A stretch of DNA of 64,000 nt from positions 91,153-155,152 of the IMG/VR virus record IMGVR_UViG_3300020182_000010, one strand, 5' to 3'. The DNA is from a virus. Under the pieces are notes generated by a model. The model did no database searches. It was not told where the DNA came from and was given only the letters and a program-made list of their open reading frames with translations. The position numbers and the translations under genes were made by a program. This document shows positions 27,036 through 36,690 of this stretch, piece by piece (the first letter of the stretch is position 1; every line of letters begins with the position of its first letter).

Positions 27036-27887
27036 TTACTTTCTTCTAGATTGAAATTTTGTTAGACCAGATTTTGTTGGATTATCATATGTTGTCTTTG
27101 CTAATCGTTTGCCCAGTGCATCTGCACCTTTAGCAATTGCATAGGCTCCGCCAACTGCTACAACCGCTTTAACAATTGGACGATCCCAAATCTTTTTCTT
27201 TGTGTCATTTCTGTCATTCACAATATAATTACCACGCTTTTGAAAGGAAAGTAATGGTTGCATAAACTCACTTCGCATTGCTTTAGAACGCATATATTGA
27301 ACACTACGTGTTACTACTAATGCACGTTGATTTTGATTCAGATTATCCCAATCACCAACTAATCTACGCATAGACTTTAACATGCCATCTTGTATATTTA
27401 ATTGGCGCTGAAATCTAAGTAACATTTTTTGTTCAAATGCTGGACTATTTTTACTATTGCCTATATGAGTTAGATATTGTACTAAATCTGCTTTATTTGG
27501 AGATAATCTTTTCTTTGCAATTTCATCTTTTTCATTACTATTATCTTGATCTTTTCCCATAAGTCTATTAAGAGCAATATATAAATCAGTTCCGCTTGTT
27601 CTAAATGTATCAAAATTTCTAAATGCTACTGTACGTTTGGCATATTCACTTGCCAATGGCGCATAATCATAATCTTTATTAAAAATATTTAATAGCATTA
27701 GGTACATGAATGATACATCGGACGCATCATCTAAATTAACCTCACTTGCAATTTTTTTATTTCTAAAAAGTCGGCTCTCAGTTAGTTCATTCACTAACTG
27801 TAAACTTTTATCTTCATCATCACTTATATCATGGCCGCCATAAATTTCTGCCCATTGACTTGCTGTATATTTTTTATCATTTGCCAT
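27036..27887 (-). CDS. Hypothetical late protein
   Basis: ORF track; RBS. Confidence 0.7.
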   Translation of the reverse strand: MANDKKYTASQWAEIYGGHDISDDEDKSLQLVNELTESRLFRNKKIASEVNLDDASDVSFMYLMLLNIFNKDYDYAPLASEYAKRTVAFRNFDTFRTSGTDLYIALNRLMGKDQDNSNEKDEIAKKRLSPNKADLVQYLTHIGNSKNSPAFEQKMLLRFQRQLNIQDGMLKSMRRLVGDWDNLNQNQRALVVTRSVQYMRSKAMRSEFMQPLLSFQKRGNYIVNDRNDTKKKIWDRPIVKAVVAVGGAYAIAKGADALGKRLAKTTYDNPTKSGLTKFQSRRK

Positions 27888-27890
27888 GCT

Positions 27891-28085
27891 TTATTTCCTT
27901 TTATCTAGTATATCCTTCATGACATTTGTTGCTGTGTTGGTAAACCATCGTGGTGCCACACTGTGTATTAATAATGCTGGTACTAATAATTGCAATTTTA
28001 CCGCAGCACTTAGTGCAGTAGCCATATGTTGTAATCCACTTTCATTAACACTTTCTAAATGCTCTTTACATTTTTTACTAAACAT
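27891..28085 (-). CDS. DUF6356-like small protein
   Basis: HLESVNES..QHM...LLIH..P motif. Confidence 0.6.
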   Translation of the reverse strand: MFSKKCKEHLESVNESGLQHMATALSAAVKLQLLVPALLIHSVAPRWFTNTATNVMKDILDKRK

Positions 28086-28089
28086 TATA

Positions 28090-30144
28090 TTATCTTTCTT
28101 TTGTCATGTTTGCAGCACTAAAACCACTGCGATTAACTAATTTACTATCACCCTGGCCAATAACGTAGCCTTCGCCACCTCGCTGTCCATTTGTATATGC
28201 CTCTACATCTGCGTCACTTGCATCTAATTGTGCAATTATATCATTTTTTACTTTCATAATGCCCATTATTACTGTAAATAATGCCTTCATTCCTGCAGCA
28301 TTGTTATTTACATGATTGTTCATTCTATCTTTCATCTGTTCAGACATTTTGGCAGTTGCTATCCATTTTGACCAATCACCTGTTAAGTTATTCAACTTAC
28401 GTGCTTTTGTCATATTATTTACATATGTATAAAGTGCATTTTTGAAACTTGATAACTTGTTTGATTTTAAAAAATTATCATCTAATAACATATCTATTTT
28501 ATTGGCACTAGAATTTGCAATGCTTGCTACTTTATCTAAATCATCTGCTTGTACTCTTGGACCTTTTGTGAGTGTCACTGGTGGCATGATAAGAAGATTA
28601 CCTGAGTTTAACTCTGATGTATCTACTTTACTTTTTGTTCCATCAAGTTCAATCTTAGCATGTAAAACTACACCTGATTGACTTTTTGATATCTGTTTAC
28701 CGATATCACTATTGCCACGAACACGATATGTTACCGTATTTGGTGTGAAAACAAAATGCCCATCTTCTGCACTTGGTTTTGTAAAATATAATAAGTCACC
28801 ATGCACATAACCTCTAAAGTTTTCTGGCGTTGCTGCTTCATATATATCCCATATATTTGTCATTTGTTTTACAAAAGCCTTGCGGTTAGCATCCGGTGCT
28901 TCTTTGCCGCGTCTTAAAAACATTGATGCCATGTCATTTTTACTTGTTACTTTTCCATCATATCCTTTGGCACCGAAGCCACTCTTGTCTGTTAATACAA
29001 ATTCACCATTCTCATTGCGACCAAAGATTACCGCAGGCGAACCATCCCATTTAACAGTAACATTTTCAGGAGATTTCTCTAAATTCTTTAATGTTTCAAT
29101 CGATTTCGCAACACCTTTTGAACCATGCCAAATAGCAAAGTCTTCAACATGTTGAATACGTGCATCTGATTCACGCAACGAAGATTTAGCCCCTTCACTT
29201 AACTCGGTTGGAACACCAGCATTTTGAATACTTGGATTTGATTTGAAGTCTTTGAAAATCTTTTGTGCTAGTTCTTCTGGATAGTTTTTCTTAACTGCCG
29301 CATACAATGATTCAAAACTATCCATATCTGCAGGACTATCTAACTGTAGTTTTTTAGCAATCGTTGCATCGTCATAATATGGACCGCCAATTACTTCGTT
29401 ATTGTTTTTCTTAGTATAACCTTCGCCGTTCTTTTTAGGAACAGGTGTTCTACGAACACGCACTAGACCGTTTGAACTCCACATCCAACGTTCCATTTCC
29501 ATTGGACGACCATCTTCAGTTTTCTCATCACTTGCCGCCACGTTTAATCTGCCCGCAATACTGGCAATCATGATGTTACGATGAACACCTTTATACTTGC
29601 TATCTTCTTCATGTGGTGAGTGATAATATGTTTTCATCCATTTTGGATCGCCTGGCATAAAGTCCAATTGTACAAAACCAGTACGCCCTTCAGGTACACC
29701 TAAACTTTTTTTAGTTTTAGGGTCAAACATTTCACGGTTAGGGTCATAATTTTGGATTTTAATTTTAGTAATGTGTACGCTGGTTTTCGCATAGTATGAA
29801 ATTAGCGGATGATTTTTTAGCATTTCGCCAAATTCGTCACTTTTTTCTGGGGGGATCTTGATTGCAACGTCAATATCTCCGCTAAACTGTTTTTTGCCAA
29901 CACTACCAAGTGCCTGACTAACAAGATCAACACCCAATGCATTAGACAATGGTGTTAGTGTTGCTTTAATTTCGTCACGGTGAATTGGACCAACACCTGG
30001 TGCTGATCCGCTTTCATTAATTTGTGTATCATCAAGTAAGTTCTTCATACGATTATGTAGACCAACTTGTTTTAAGCGTGGCTTTCTTGGACCTCGAAAT
30101 CGGCGTTCAATTCCCTGATTTAAAATTATGTCTGATATCTTCAT
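28090..30144 (-). CDS. Fusion of Pol-beta-family nucleotidyltransferase and KWDG (ligase-like, DUF6267-like) domain
   Basis: GSVGKK..SGDIDV...VQLDF; HVED...TVKWDGSPA..FG, GDLLY, GEGYV, KLVNR..FS. Confidence 0.7.
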   Translation of the reverse strand: MKISDIILNQGIERRFRGPRKPRLKQVGLHNRMKNLLDDTQINESGSAPGVGPIHRDEIKATLTPLSNALGVDLVSQALGSVGKKQFSGDIDVAIKIPPEKSDEFGEMLKNHPLISYYAKTSVHITKIKIQNYDPNREMFDPKTKKSLGVPEGRTGFVQLDFMPGDPKWMKTYYHSPHEEDSKYKGVHRNIMIASIAGRLNVAASDEKTEDGRPMEMERWMWSSNGLVRVRRTPVPKKNGEGYTKKNNNEVIGGPYYDDATIAKKLQLDSPADMDSFESLYAAVKKNYPEELAQKIFKDFKSNPSIQNAGVPTELSEGAKSSLRESDARIQHVEDFAIWHGSKGVAKSIETLKNLEKSPENVTVKWDGSPAVIFGRNENGEFVLTDKSGFGAKGYDGKVTSKNDMASMFLRRGKEAPDANRKAFVKQMTNIWDIYEAATPENFRGYVHGDLLYFTKPSAEDGHFVFTPNTVTYRVRGNSDIGKQISKSQSGVVLHAKIELDGTKSKVDTSELNSGNLLIMPPVTLTKGPRVQADDLDKVASIANSSANKIDMLLDDNFLKSNKLSSFKNALYTYVNNMTKARKLNNLTGDWSKWIATAKMSEQMKDRMNNHVNNNAAGMKALFTVIMGIMKVKNDIIAQLDASDADVEAYTNGQRGGEGYVIGQGDSKLVNRSGFSAANMTKER

Positions 30145-30359
30145 TTCTTATCTCCAAATGGATTTTCACCTGTTAATTGAGGTCTTGAAAACCATAATTT
30201 AAACCAAGCATCAGTTCCAGGCTCAATATCATTCTTTTTTTGATACTCACCTTTTTCTTGTCCAGTATGAGATATATTTTCCTGATGTTGTGATACATCA
30301 TAGGGCTTATATATACCTGCTAAAACCTTCAGTTGATGTAACTGCTGTTCAAAGTCCAT
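30141..30359 (-). CDS. Hypothetical small protein
   Basis: LKVLAGI; IEPGTDAWFKLWF. Confidence 0.7.
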   Translation of the reverse strand: MDFEQQLHQLKVLAGIYKPYDVSQHQENISHTGQEKGEYQKKNDIEPGTDAWFKLWFSRPQLTGENPFGDKK

Positions 30360-30595
30360 TATTTGTCTACACTATTCATGCCTCGCTTAAACTTCCGCGG
30401 GTCTTTTGTGCGGATACTATTAACCAAACGTTTTTGTAAATCATGTGAAGTTTCTTCATCAAAAGTATTTTCAATGAATTCCATTAGGTGTATTGCACCT
30501 GCAATCAAGTGTTCACCTTTTTGTTCAACCAAACGTTTGTTATCTTTATCATAAGACATGCTGTTTAGTTCTTCAAATAGACTTTTACGTTTCAT
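30359..30595 (-). CDS. Hypothetical small protein
   Basis: GGAGG RBS; late box 30615-30622. Confidence 0.7.
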   Translation of the reverse strand: MKRKSLFEELNSMSYDKDNKRLVEQKGEHLIAGAIHLMEFIENTFDEETSHDLQKRLVNSIRTKDPRKFKRGMNSVDK

Positions 30596-30620
30596 AACAA
30601 TCCTCCGTTAAGTGTATTTA

Positions 30621-32039
30621 TCAAGTTTCGTCAAAAGCCGATCTAGTTTTAGTTTTCAACATTGCACGGAGAGAACTCGCTGCCTGTGTTTTTTCGAAAA
30701 CAGGAGTATCATCATCTGACTTATTTAGAGTTGTTTTCTTTCTAAGTTGATCAACAACACTAGAGGGGGCACCGCTATTGCTTGGTGTGCCTGCACCAGT
30801 GCTATCTTGGTCTGGATCATCTGATATACGTAAACTGTCTCTATCAAATAATAAACTTACTTTACTGCCGACACCAGATGATGAACGTGTTTTTAATAGT
30901 TGTAATTGATATTGTCCACGTTCACGCATAGCATTCGATGTAAAAATACCAATCACATTATCAGCAGTTTGAATTTTACTAATGCCACCAGCAATATGAG
31001 AATGATCAAATTCAATTTCTTCAACTGCACTACGATTTAATTGTGATGCAGTTACAGTAACAGTCTGTGTTTCCATAGAAAAGTTACGCATTTCTTCTGT
31101 AACATATTTGTCTTTGGTAAAGGTGTCACCTGCTTGTACTTTTTTAGTTGCCGGCATTAACAAATCTAGATAGTCAATGCACATGCAATCTACTGTTTTG
31201 CCAGTTTGTATCTGAAGTTCTTTCAAGTAAGACCGTAGATCATTGATTGTTGAACCACTCGGAAGATACTTTATACGTAGCATACCGGACTGTTTGCCTT
31301 TCGCTTTAACTTGTAGTTCAACATCATCTAAGTCTTTAAAAATGCGTCTAGTACTGCGGTCCGTCTGCATTGCATACATACGCATACTTGAAAGTTCCTC
31401 GGATAACTCCAATGTGAAGTAGACACAATTCAACCCAGCCTCCGCCCAATTCAGGCTCATATTTTGCATAAAAAGGGATTTACCTGCTCCGGAGCCACCT
31501 GCAAAAATCGTAATCTCCCCACGATTAATGCCACCATATAGCTTATCATCAAGAGATTTCCAACCAGTGGTAATCTGACCATTGTTGTCTTTCATCCGTT
31601 CAAGCACACCTCTGGGATCAGCAAAATAATCTGTTCCCAAACTACGTGCCAGTCCAATTTGAACAGCCTCTTTGATTCTAAGTTCTACTTCACCATACTT
31701 GCCAGTCTCAAGTAAATCTGTGCTATCGATAATAGCCTTCTCAATAGCCTTGTGACGGCAAAATGTCTCAAACTCATCCACAAACCATTCTTCGTGCTGG
31801 GTTATGTTTTCCAACTTCTCAATGTCTTGTCCTGTTTCTGCTTTAATAATTGCAGGATCTGGTAGTGTAGAATAGTCTTCACTATAATCAATAAGTTGTT
31901 TGACCACAGGACGGACACTGCGGTCGAAATATTCAGGCTTGATAATCCCTCTGATCCTAGTATATAGTTCAGGATTAGTCACCATGAATTGAATGAATAG
32001 TTTTTGTAAGTCTGGGCTATAATTTTTTACTTCTGACAT
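30621..32039 (-). CDS. gp41: Replicative DnaB-like helicase (T4 gp41)
   Basis: GGSGAGKS, TLELSE, IDYLDL, TASQLNR, KTRSS. Confidence 0.93.
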   Translation of the reverse strand: MSEVKNYSPDLQKLFIQFMVTNPELYTRIRGIIKPEYFDRSVRPVVKQLIDYSEDYSTLPDPAIIKAETGQDIEKLENITQHEEWFVDEFETFCRHKAIEKAIIDSTDLLETGKYGEVELRIKEAVQIGLARSLGTDYFADPRGVLERMKDNNGQITTGWKSLDDKLYGGINRGEITIFAGGSGAGKSLFMQNMSLNWAEAGLNCVYFTLELSEELSSMRMYAMQTDRSTRRIFKDLDDVELQVKAKGKQSGMLRIKYLPSGSTINDLRSYLKELQIQTGKTVDCMCIDYLDLLMPATKKVQAGDTFTKDKYVTEEMRNFSMETQTVTVTASQLNRSAVEEIEFDHSHIAGGISKIQTADNVIGIFTSNAMRERGQYQLQLLKTRSSSGVGSKVSLLFDRDSLRISDDPDQDSTGAGTPSNSGAPSSVVDQLRKKTTLNKSDDDTPVFEKTQAASSLRAMLKTKTRSAFDET

Positions 32040-32045
32040 TTGTAT

Positions 32046-32074
32046 AGTATATCATTTCTATGTGTAAAGGTCAA
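32046..32074 (-). promoter_or_regulatory. sigma70 promoter, leaderless configuration
   Basis: TTGACC-17-TATACT-6nt-ATG. Confidence 0.7.
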
Positions 32075-32079
32075 CACTT

Positions 32080-32946
32080 TTAGTCAAACAGTGCTGGATT
32101 TAAATTGTTTTCTTCTTTCTTGCGTAATCGGTCTCTCTTCCATCCTTCGCGCTGCTTTTCTCGTTTTGCAAGTTCTTCTGCAGATGGTGAGATAGGCTCT
32201 GGATCAGGGACTACTTCAACTTCGTCCAATGTTGGCAAGAAAGCATCATATGCATTCTTATTCATTTCAAATCCAACAAATTTTCTACCATATCGCAATG
32301 CAGTTCTAGGTGTAGTGAAGCCGCCACAGAATGGATCCATTACTACATCGCCACGGTTACTACTATACAATATAAACTTTTCAATCCAATCTTCATTTAG
32401 TTGGTTCTTGTTTTTAATTTGTCCCGGCTTATGGCTACGTGGCATTGTTTGAACTGTCAGACGATCATGATAACTATCTTTACTATCTGTATAATAAGCA
32501 TTAGTATTAAATGTGCGCTTTTGTTTGCTTGTTTCTGGCTTTGACCAAAACAATACATGATAGTGACTACTTACAAATTTGTTTTTTGTTGATACACCAA
32601 AACTATATTGTGCAATAATATGATTAATTTCTTTTAAGTCTGTTGAGTGCAATGCATTAAGTATATGATGCAAATTTGTATATCCACTGACAATATACAT
32701 ACTACCGCCTGGTCGTAAAACCCTTGCACATTCTGTAATCCATTGCCTAGAAAAATCACCGTATGTTTCTAATGGAACTTCTACATAGCCAGGAACTACG
32801 TTGCCTTCGTCACGATTATAATGTGCGTCAAGTTTATCACCCTCAATACCATAAGGAGGATCAGTAAATATCAAATCTACTGTTCCATCTTCTATATGCT
32901 CATTGATGCCGCTAGTACAATCTTGATTATAAACTGTATGATTCAT
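32080..32946 (-). CDS. Beta-class N6-adenine/N4-cytosine DNA methyltransferase
   Basis: TDPPY (motif IV) before DPFCGG (motif I); own TTGATA-17-TATAAT promoter at 32969-32997. Confidence 0.9.
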   Translation of the reverse strand: MNHTVYNQDCTSGINEHIEDGTVDLIFTDPPYGIEGDKLDAHYNRDEGNVVPGYVEVPLETYGDFSRQWITECARVLRPGGSMYIVSGYTNLHHILNALHSTDLKEINHIIAQYSFGVSTKNKFVSSHYHVLFWSKPETSKQKRTFNTNAYYTDSKDSYHDRLTVQTMPRSHKPGQIKNKNQLNEDWIEKFILYSSNRGDVVMDPFCGGFTTPRTALRYGRKFVGFEMNKNAYDAFLPTLDEVEVVPDPEPISPSAEELAKREKQREGWKRDRLRKKEENNLNPALFD

Positions 32947-32993
32947 TTACTCTCCTTAACATTTGATAATTATACTATAAATCAAATAAAATA

Positions 32994-33578
32994 TCAAGCA
33001 TTTTGTATACTTTGTTTCACAGATTCAATTACCGCGCGTTGTGCTTTACGTTTTTCATCTTTGTAATTAACTTCAACTAGTTGTGTATTTGAAATATCTT
33101 CTGGTCTAAAAATAAACTCCAATGCATCAAATGGAATGTGTGCTTCAATGCCGTCAGATACTCCAACCAAATATGGTTTAACATCTTCAGCACTGATGAT
33201 TGCAATTGCGTTCTGTTGTCCAAGCATATAAAAATCTGCAGGATTTTCAATTGTTGTGCCTTTGTTTTCACCTAAACTATTTTTTAGTTTTACTTTGACT
33301 GTCTTTTTTTGATTATTGCGTTTAGTAAACATACCATCTGTCATATATTTAAATTCTATATCTAAATTTTCTATGATATCTCTATGGTCTCTACCGATAT
33401 CATCAACCCAAACCAGCCGCCCGTCTGTTGCTGCTTCAACTGTTTGTTCAATTATATCTGCCTTATCAAATCTATCTTTGCGGTCGTTCAACTGTGATCC
33501 CAAACTATATACAACCGAACTATATACTTGTGAATTAATTACTGATTTTAATTGAGTAGCATATGTAGAAGTTTTCAT
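32994..33578 (-). CDS. Hypothetical protein, candidate PD-(D/E)XK restriction endonuclease
   Basis: E...GRD...DIEFK pattern; adjacent to the MTase; start uncertain (ATG 33578 with AGGA RBS, or an upstream in-frame TTG). Confidence 0.45.
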   Translation of the reverse strand: MKTSTYATQLKSVINSQVYSSVVYSLGSQLNDRKDRFDKADIIEQTVEAATDGRLVWVDDIGRDHRDIIENLDIEFKYMTDGMFTKRNNQKKTVKVKLKNSLGENKGTTIENPADFYMLGQQNAIAIISAEDVKPYLVGVSDGIEAHIPFDALEFIFRPEDISNTQLVEVNYKDEKRKAQRAVIESVKQSIQNA

Positions 33579-33696
33579 TATCGTGTTTCCTAATATTTCA
33601 AAATGTCCCCAATAGTCTTCTGGTTCTATCTGAGTTTCGTCAAGATTGTTAAGAATATCCAACAAATCATCTCTCTGTTTATTAGCGTATACGTTC

Positions 33697-33726
33697 TTTA
33701 TATAATGATTCTTATTGCTTGTCAAG
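33697..33726 (-). promoter_or_regulatory. sigma70 promoter with GANTC in spacer
   Basis: TTGACA agcaataaGAATCatta TATAAA; preceded by terminator 33728-33752. Confidence 0.75.
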
Positions 33727-33750
33727 TAAAAAGAGCGCCGAAGCGCCCTT

Positions 33751-33966
33751 TTATTTTCCTCTACTAAATCTATCTTTTGGTCTATAAAAAATCTTTTGAT
33801 TATGAAATCTTCCTAGCAAATCACGAATTTCTTTTAACTCTTCGGCTAGTTTATCATCATGCTCTTCCATTAAACGTTTTGCCCTTCTGGAAACTTTTGC
33901 ACTTAATGCGTTTTCTATAATTTCTAAATCCCTAACTGTTAACTTGAAATTTTCATTCGGTTTCAT
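33751..33966 (-). CDS. Hypothetical small protein
   Basis: MKPNENFKL... with AAGGT RBS. Confidence 0.65.
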   Translation of the reverse strand: MKPNENFKLTVRDLEIIENALSAKVSRRAKRLMEEHDDKLAEELKEIRDLLGRFHNQKIFYRPKDRFSRGK

Positions 33967-33985
33967 AGTGCTGCTACCTTGCTTT

Positions 33986-34672
33986 TTAGTATGTTTTAAT
34001 AATTTTATCAGCAATTCCATGTTTAATTGCCTCTTCTGGAGTTAACCACATATCACTTTCTGGAAGCAAGTGTTTACGAATGTAACTTTCTGTTTTGCCT
34101 GTGCATTTTTTATAATGGTCAAGCATCCGTTCTGTTGATAATTCAAACTCTTTAACAATTGACATTAGTTCATGTTCTTTGCCTTTTGATCCCCAACTAT
34201 ATTGATGTGACATTACACTTGTATTTTGTGTGAGATAACGATGACCTTTTTCACCTGACATCATTAACAGAACACCACAACTTGCAATCATGCCCATTCC
34301 ATATGTATATACTGGAATTTCACTTTGTTTAATTGTGTCTATAAGATGCAATGCACTATTTACAGCACCTCCTGGTGAATTAATATAAAGATGAATTATA
34401 TTAGGTCTTTGTTCAGCAGGCATCATATTATATTCCATAATCATTTTGACTAATGGCATACAATTTTCTTGATTGAATTCTTTATCCATGAATAATACAC
34501 CATTATCATACAGTATTTCACCTGGCTTTTTTGGTGGCATTGGTGGCTGCGGCATCGGCATTTGTGGTGTTGCCGGTTGCTCTTTTGGTGATGGAATTAC
34601 TTTTGTTTCTACTGCTGGTTTTTTCTCTGGTGTCTTTTTGGTTGTTTTCTTTTTGACTGGATTCTTTGCCAT
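33986..34672 (-). CDS. clpP: ClpP-family protease
   Basis: LYINSPGG, IASCG (catalytic Ser), MSHQ, SDMWLTPEEA..HGIAD. Confidence 0.9.
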   Translation of the reverse strand: MAKNPVKKKTTKKTPEKKPAVETKVIPSPKEQPATPQMPMPQPPMPPKKPGEILYDNGVLFMDKEFNQENCMPLVKMIMEYNMMPAEQRPNIIHLYINSPGGAVNSALHLIDTIKQSEIPVYTYGMGMIASCGVLLMMSGEKGHRYLTQNTSVMSHQYSWGSKGKEHELMSIVKEFELSTERMLDHYKKCTGKTESYIRKHLLPESDMWLTPEEAIKHGIADKIIKTY

Positions 34673-34690
34673 GTATTTGTATTTCCTATA

Positions 34691-35692
34691 TTATCCTAAA
34701 CGCATTTTTACGTTAATTTTAGTACTATTACTTATCTTACTATCAATTATACTCTTTAGAGTATATAACTTACCATATTTATTCACTGCATCAGCGGCGT
34801 CTTTTATATCATCTTCCCATCTTGGAAAACTAACTGACCAACCGTTTTCAATTGCTTGCTTAATTAATTTTTCACCTGCTTTATCTCTATCAGGGCTTAA
34901 AATAATATCACCTTTAAATAAATTGATATAATCTATCTGCTCCTTACTCGCCTCATTGCTCATTATAGCCACACAGTCTAATGCAGCCGCATCAAACACT
35001 CCTTCTGTTATTATTAGATACTTACGCTTACTATTAATAACATCTATATTATATATAAAGTCTTTAGGCGTCTTCATCATGTACTTTGAATCTGCTTTAC
35101 CAGTATAGTCTCTACCAGTATAACCTACTATACGTCCACCTTGGTAATAGGGAATAATAACACGGTGTCTGAATACTGGATGTGGGCTCCAGTATATGTT
35201 ATTCACATGATCATATAGTCCACGATCTATCAAGTATTTAGCACCTAAAATCGCTCTTTTATCAGGTGCGTCAATTTGTAGTATATCTTCCAATAACATA
35301 CTTCCAACTGGCAATTCACAATCTTTAAATTTAGGTATTATAGTTCTAGACTTTTTACTAGCAAATGTCATTGGGCCATCTGCTAATTCTTTATCTCTAA
35401 TCGCTTGTAATTGAATACGTTTTATATCACTATCAGGAATTCCCAAATTACGCATTAGCAAAATCATTTTCTTATTAATGACTCTACCTAACTTATGTGA
35501 TGCAGTAAATCCACAATTAAAACAATGATACGATATACTATCTATATCGTTTCTAATGCCGCCGCGCAATCTTGTATCATTTCTTGCTTCGCCATTATCT
35601 ATGCAACAAGGGCAATTAAATGATAACCAGCCACCACTACTAGGTCTCTGAGGTCTAGGCAGACTCGAATATATAACTTCCTGTAGATTCAT
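34691..35692 (-). CDS. gp61: DNA primase (T4 gp61-like)
   Basis: CPCC...HCFNCG Zn finger, YTGR, EGVFDA, PDRD TOPRIM. Confidence 0.88.
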   Translation of the reverse strand: MNLQEVIYSSLPRPQRPSSGGWLSFNCPCCIDNGEARNDTRLRGGIRNDIDSISYHCFNCGFTASHKLGRVINKKMILLMRNLGIPDSDIKRIQLQAIRDKELADGPMTFASKKSRTIIPKFKDCELPVGSMLLEDILQIDAPDKRAILGAKYLIDRGLYDHVNNIYWSPHPVFRHRVIIPYYQGGRIVGYTGRDYTGKADSKYMMKTPKDFIYNIDVINSKRKYLIITEGVFDAAALDCVAIMSNEASKEQIDYINLFKGDIILSPDRDKAGEKLIKQAIENGWSVSFPRWEDDIKDAADAVNKYGKLYTLKSIIDSKISNSTKINVKMRLG

Positions 35693-35698
35693 AAGTTT

Positions 35699-35728
35699 AT
35701 AATAAACTATAATATAATAATTGTCAAG
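35699..35728 (-). promoter_or_regulatory. sigma70 promoter, leaderless configuration
   Basis: TTGACA-17-TATTAT-6nt-ATG. Confidence 0.7.
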
Positions 35729-35741
35729 TATTATTTAAAAT

Positions 35742-36677
35742 TTAAATCCACTTTGCAATTTTGCGACCACCCATTGGATATACTCCAAATCTAGCACCTT
35801 TAATACCAAAGTTATTTCTATCTTTTGAGTATCTTACCATTAATACTGGTTCAAACTCTCCTTCAAGTCTTTCCTTATTTGCATGAGATGAACCAGTTGC
35901 AACAAGTTTATTACCATCAAATTTTGGTTCACCCTGTAATACCAAATCAACATTTTGCGGTCCTGTCTTGCCGCCCCAGCCTATACCATAAATTGCAATA
36001 CCGCGTAGTCTTCCATCTTTTAGTTTTCTAGCAAATGTTGAGCCTTTAATCATTTGTCCATCAGGTGATATATCTCTGACTGCCTGTACAAATGAATCTA
36101 TTTCTTCTTTAATACTTGGTATACGGTTATAAACAACCGCAAGTTCTTTATCTGAAACTCCGCCCCATTGTCCAAAGTCTTTTGCCTGAGAACCTTTTTT
36201 ATGTGAAACCCAAGCAACTGCATTACCACTTGCGTCAACTGCATGAAAATCTGATTTAGGAGTACCTGGAGTAGAAACAAACTTGGCGACCGATACAGTC
36301 CGATTACCAATGACAAGATCAATTTCTGCATTATCTTGTTTCATCTGTCCTAGCATTTTATTTATTGTTCCAAGTGCAGCATCTTCATCACGTGTAGAAA
36401 ACCCTAAGCCTTTGCCACCGAACTCACTAGTTTTTTCCAAACCTGAAAGTCTCACTGTGCGACCGTCTTCTAGTTCAAACGTATCAGGAATAATACCATT
36501 TTTAAGATTATCTATAACTTCAGAATTCTTCTTAATAATTACAGATGGCTCACTTTGTCCAGCAAGAACGAAAGGCTCACCTTTTTTAATCTTGGCAATC
36601 AATGTTTGTAATCTATTGGGATTATCTTTTAAGTTTCGTTTTACAAGAGGTCCTTCTTGAAGTTCATTATATTTCAT
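35742..36677 (-). CDS. Hypothetical protein, PD-(D/E)XK-like nuclease candidate (MKYNELQEG N-terminus)
   Basis: KTSEFGG; TPKSDF...SHKKG...QWGG. Confidence 0.5.
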   Translation of the reverse strand: MKYNELQEGPLVKRNLKDNPNRLQTLIAKIKKGEPFVLAGQSEPSVIIKKNSEVIDNLKNGIIPDTFELEDGRTVRLSGLEKTSEFGGKGLGFSTRDEDAALGTINKMLGQMKQDNAEIDLVIGNRTVSVAKFVSTPGTPKSDFHAVDASGNAVAWVSHKKGSQAKDFGQWGGVSDKELAVVYNRIPSIKEEIDSFVQAVRDISPDGQMIKGSTFARKLKDGRLRGIAIYGIGWGGKTGPQNVDLVLQGEPKFDGNKLVATGSSHANKERLEGEFEPVLMVRYSKDRNNFGIKGARFGVYPMGGRKIAKWI

Positions 36678-36690
36678 TTGTCTCTCTCTT

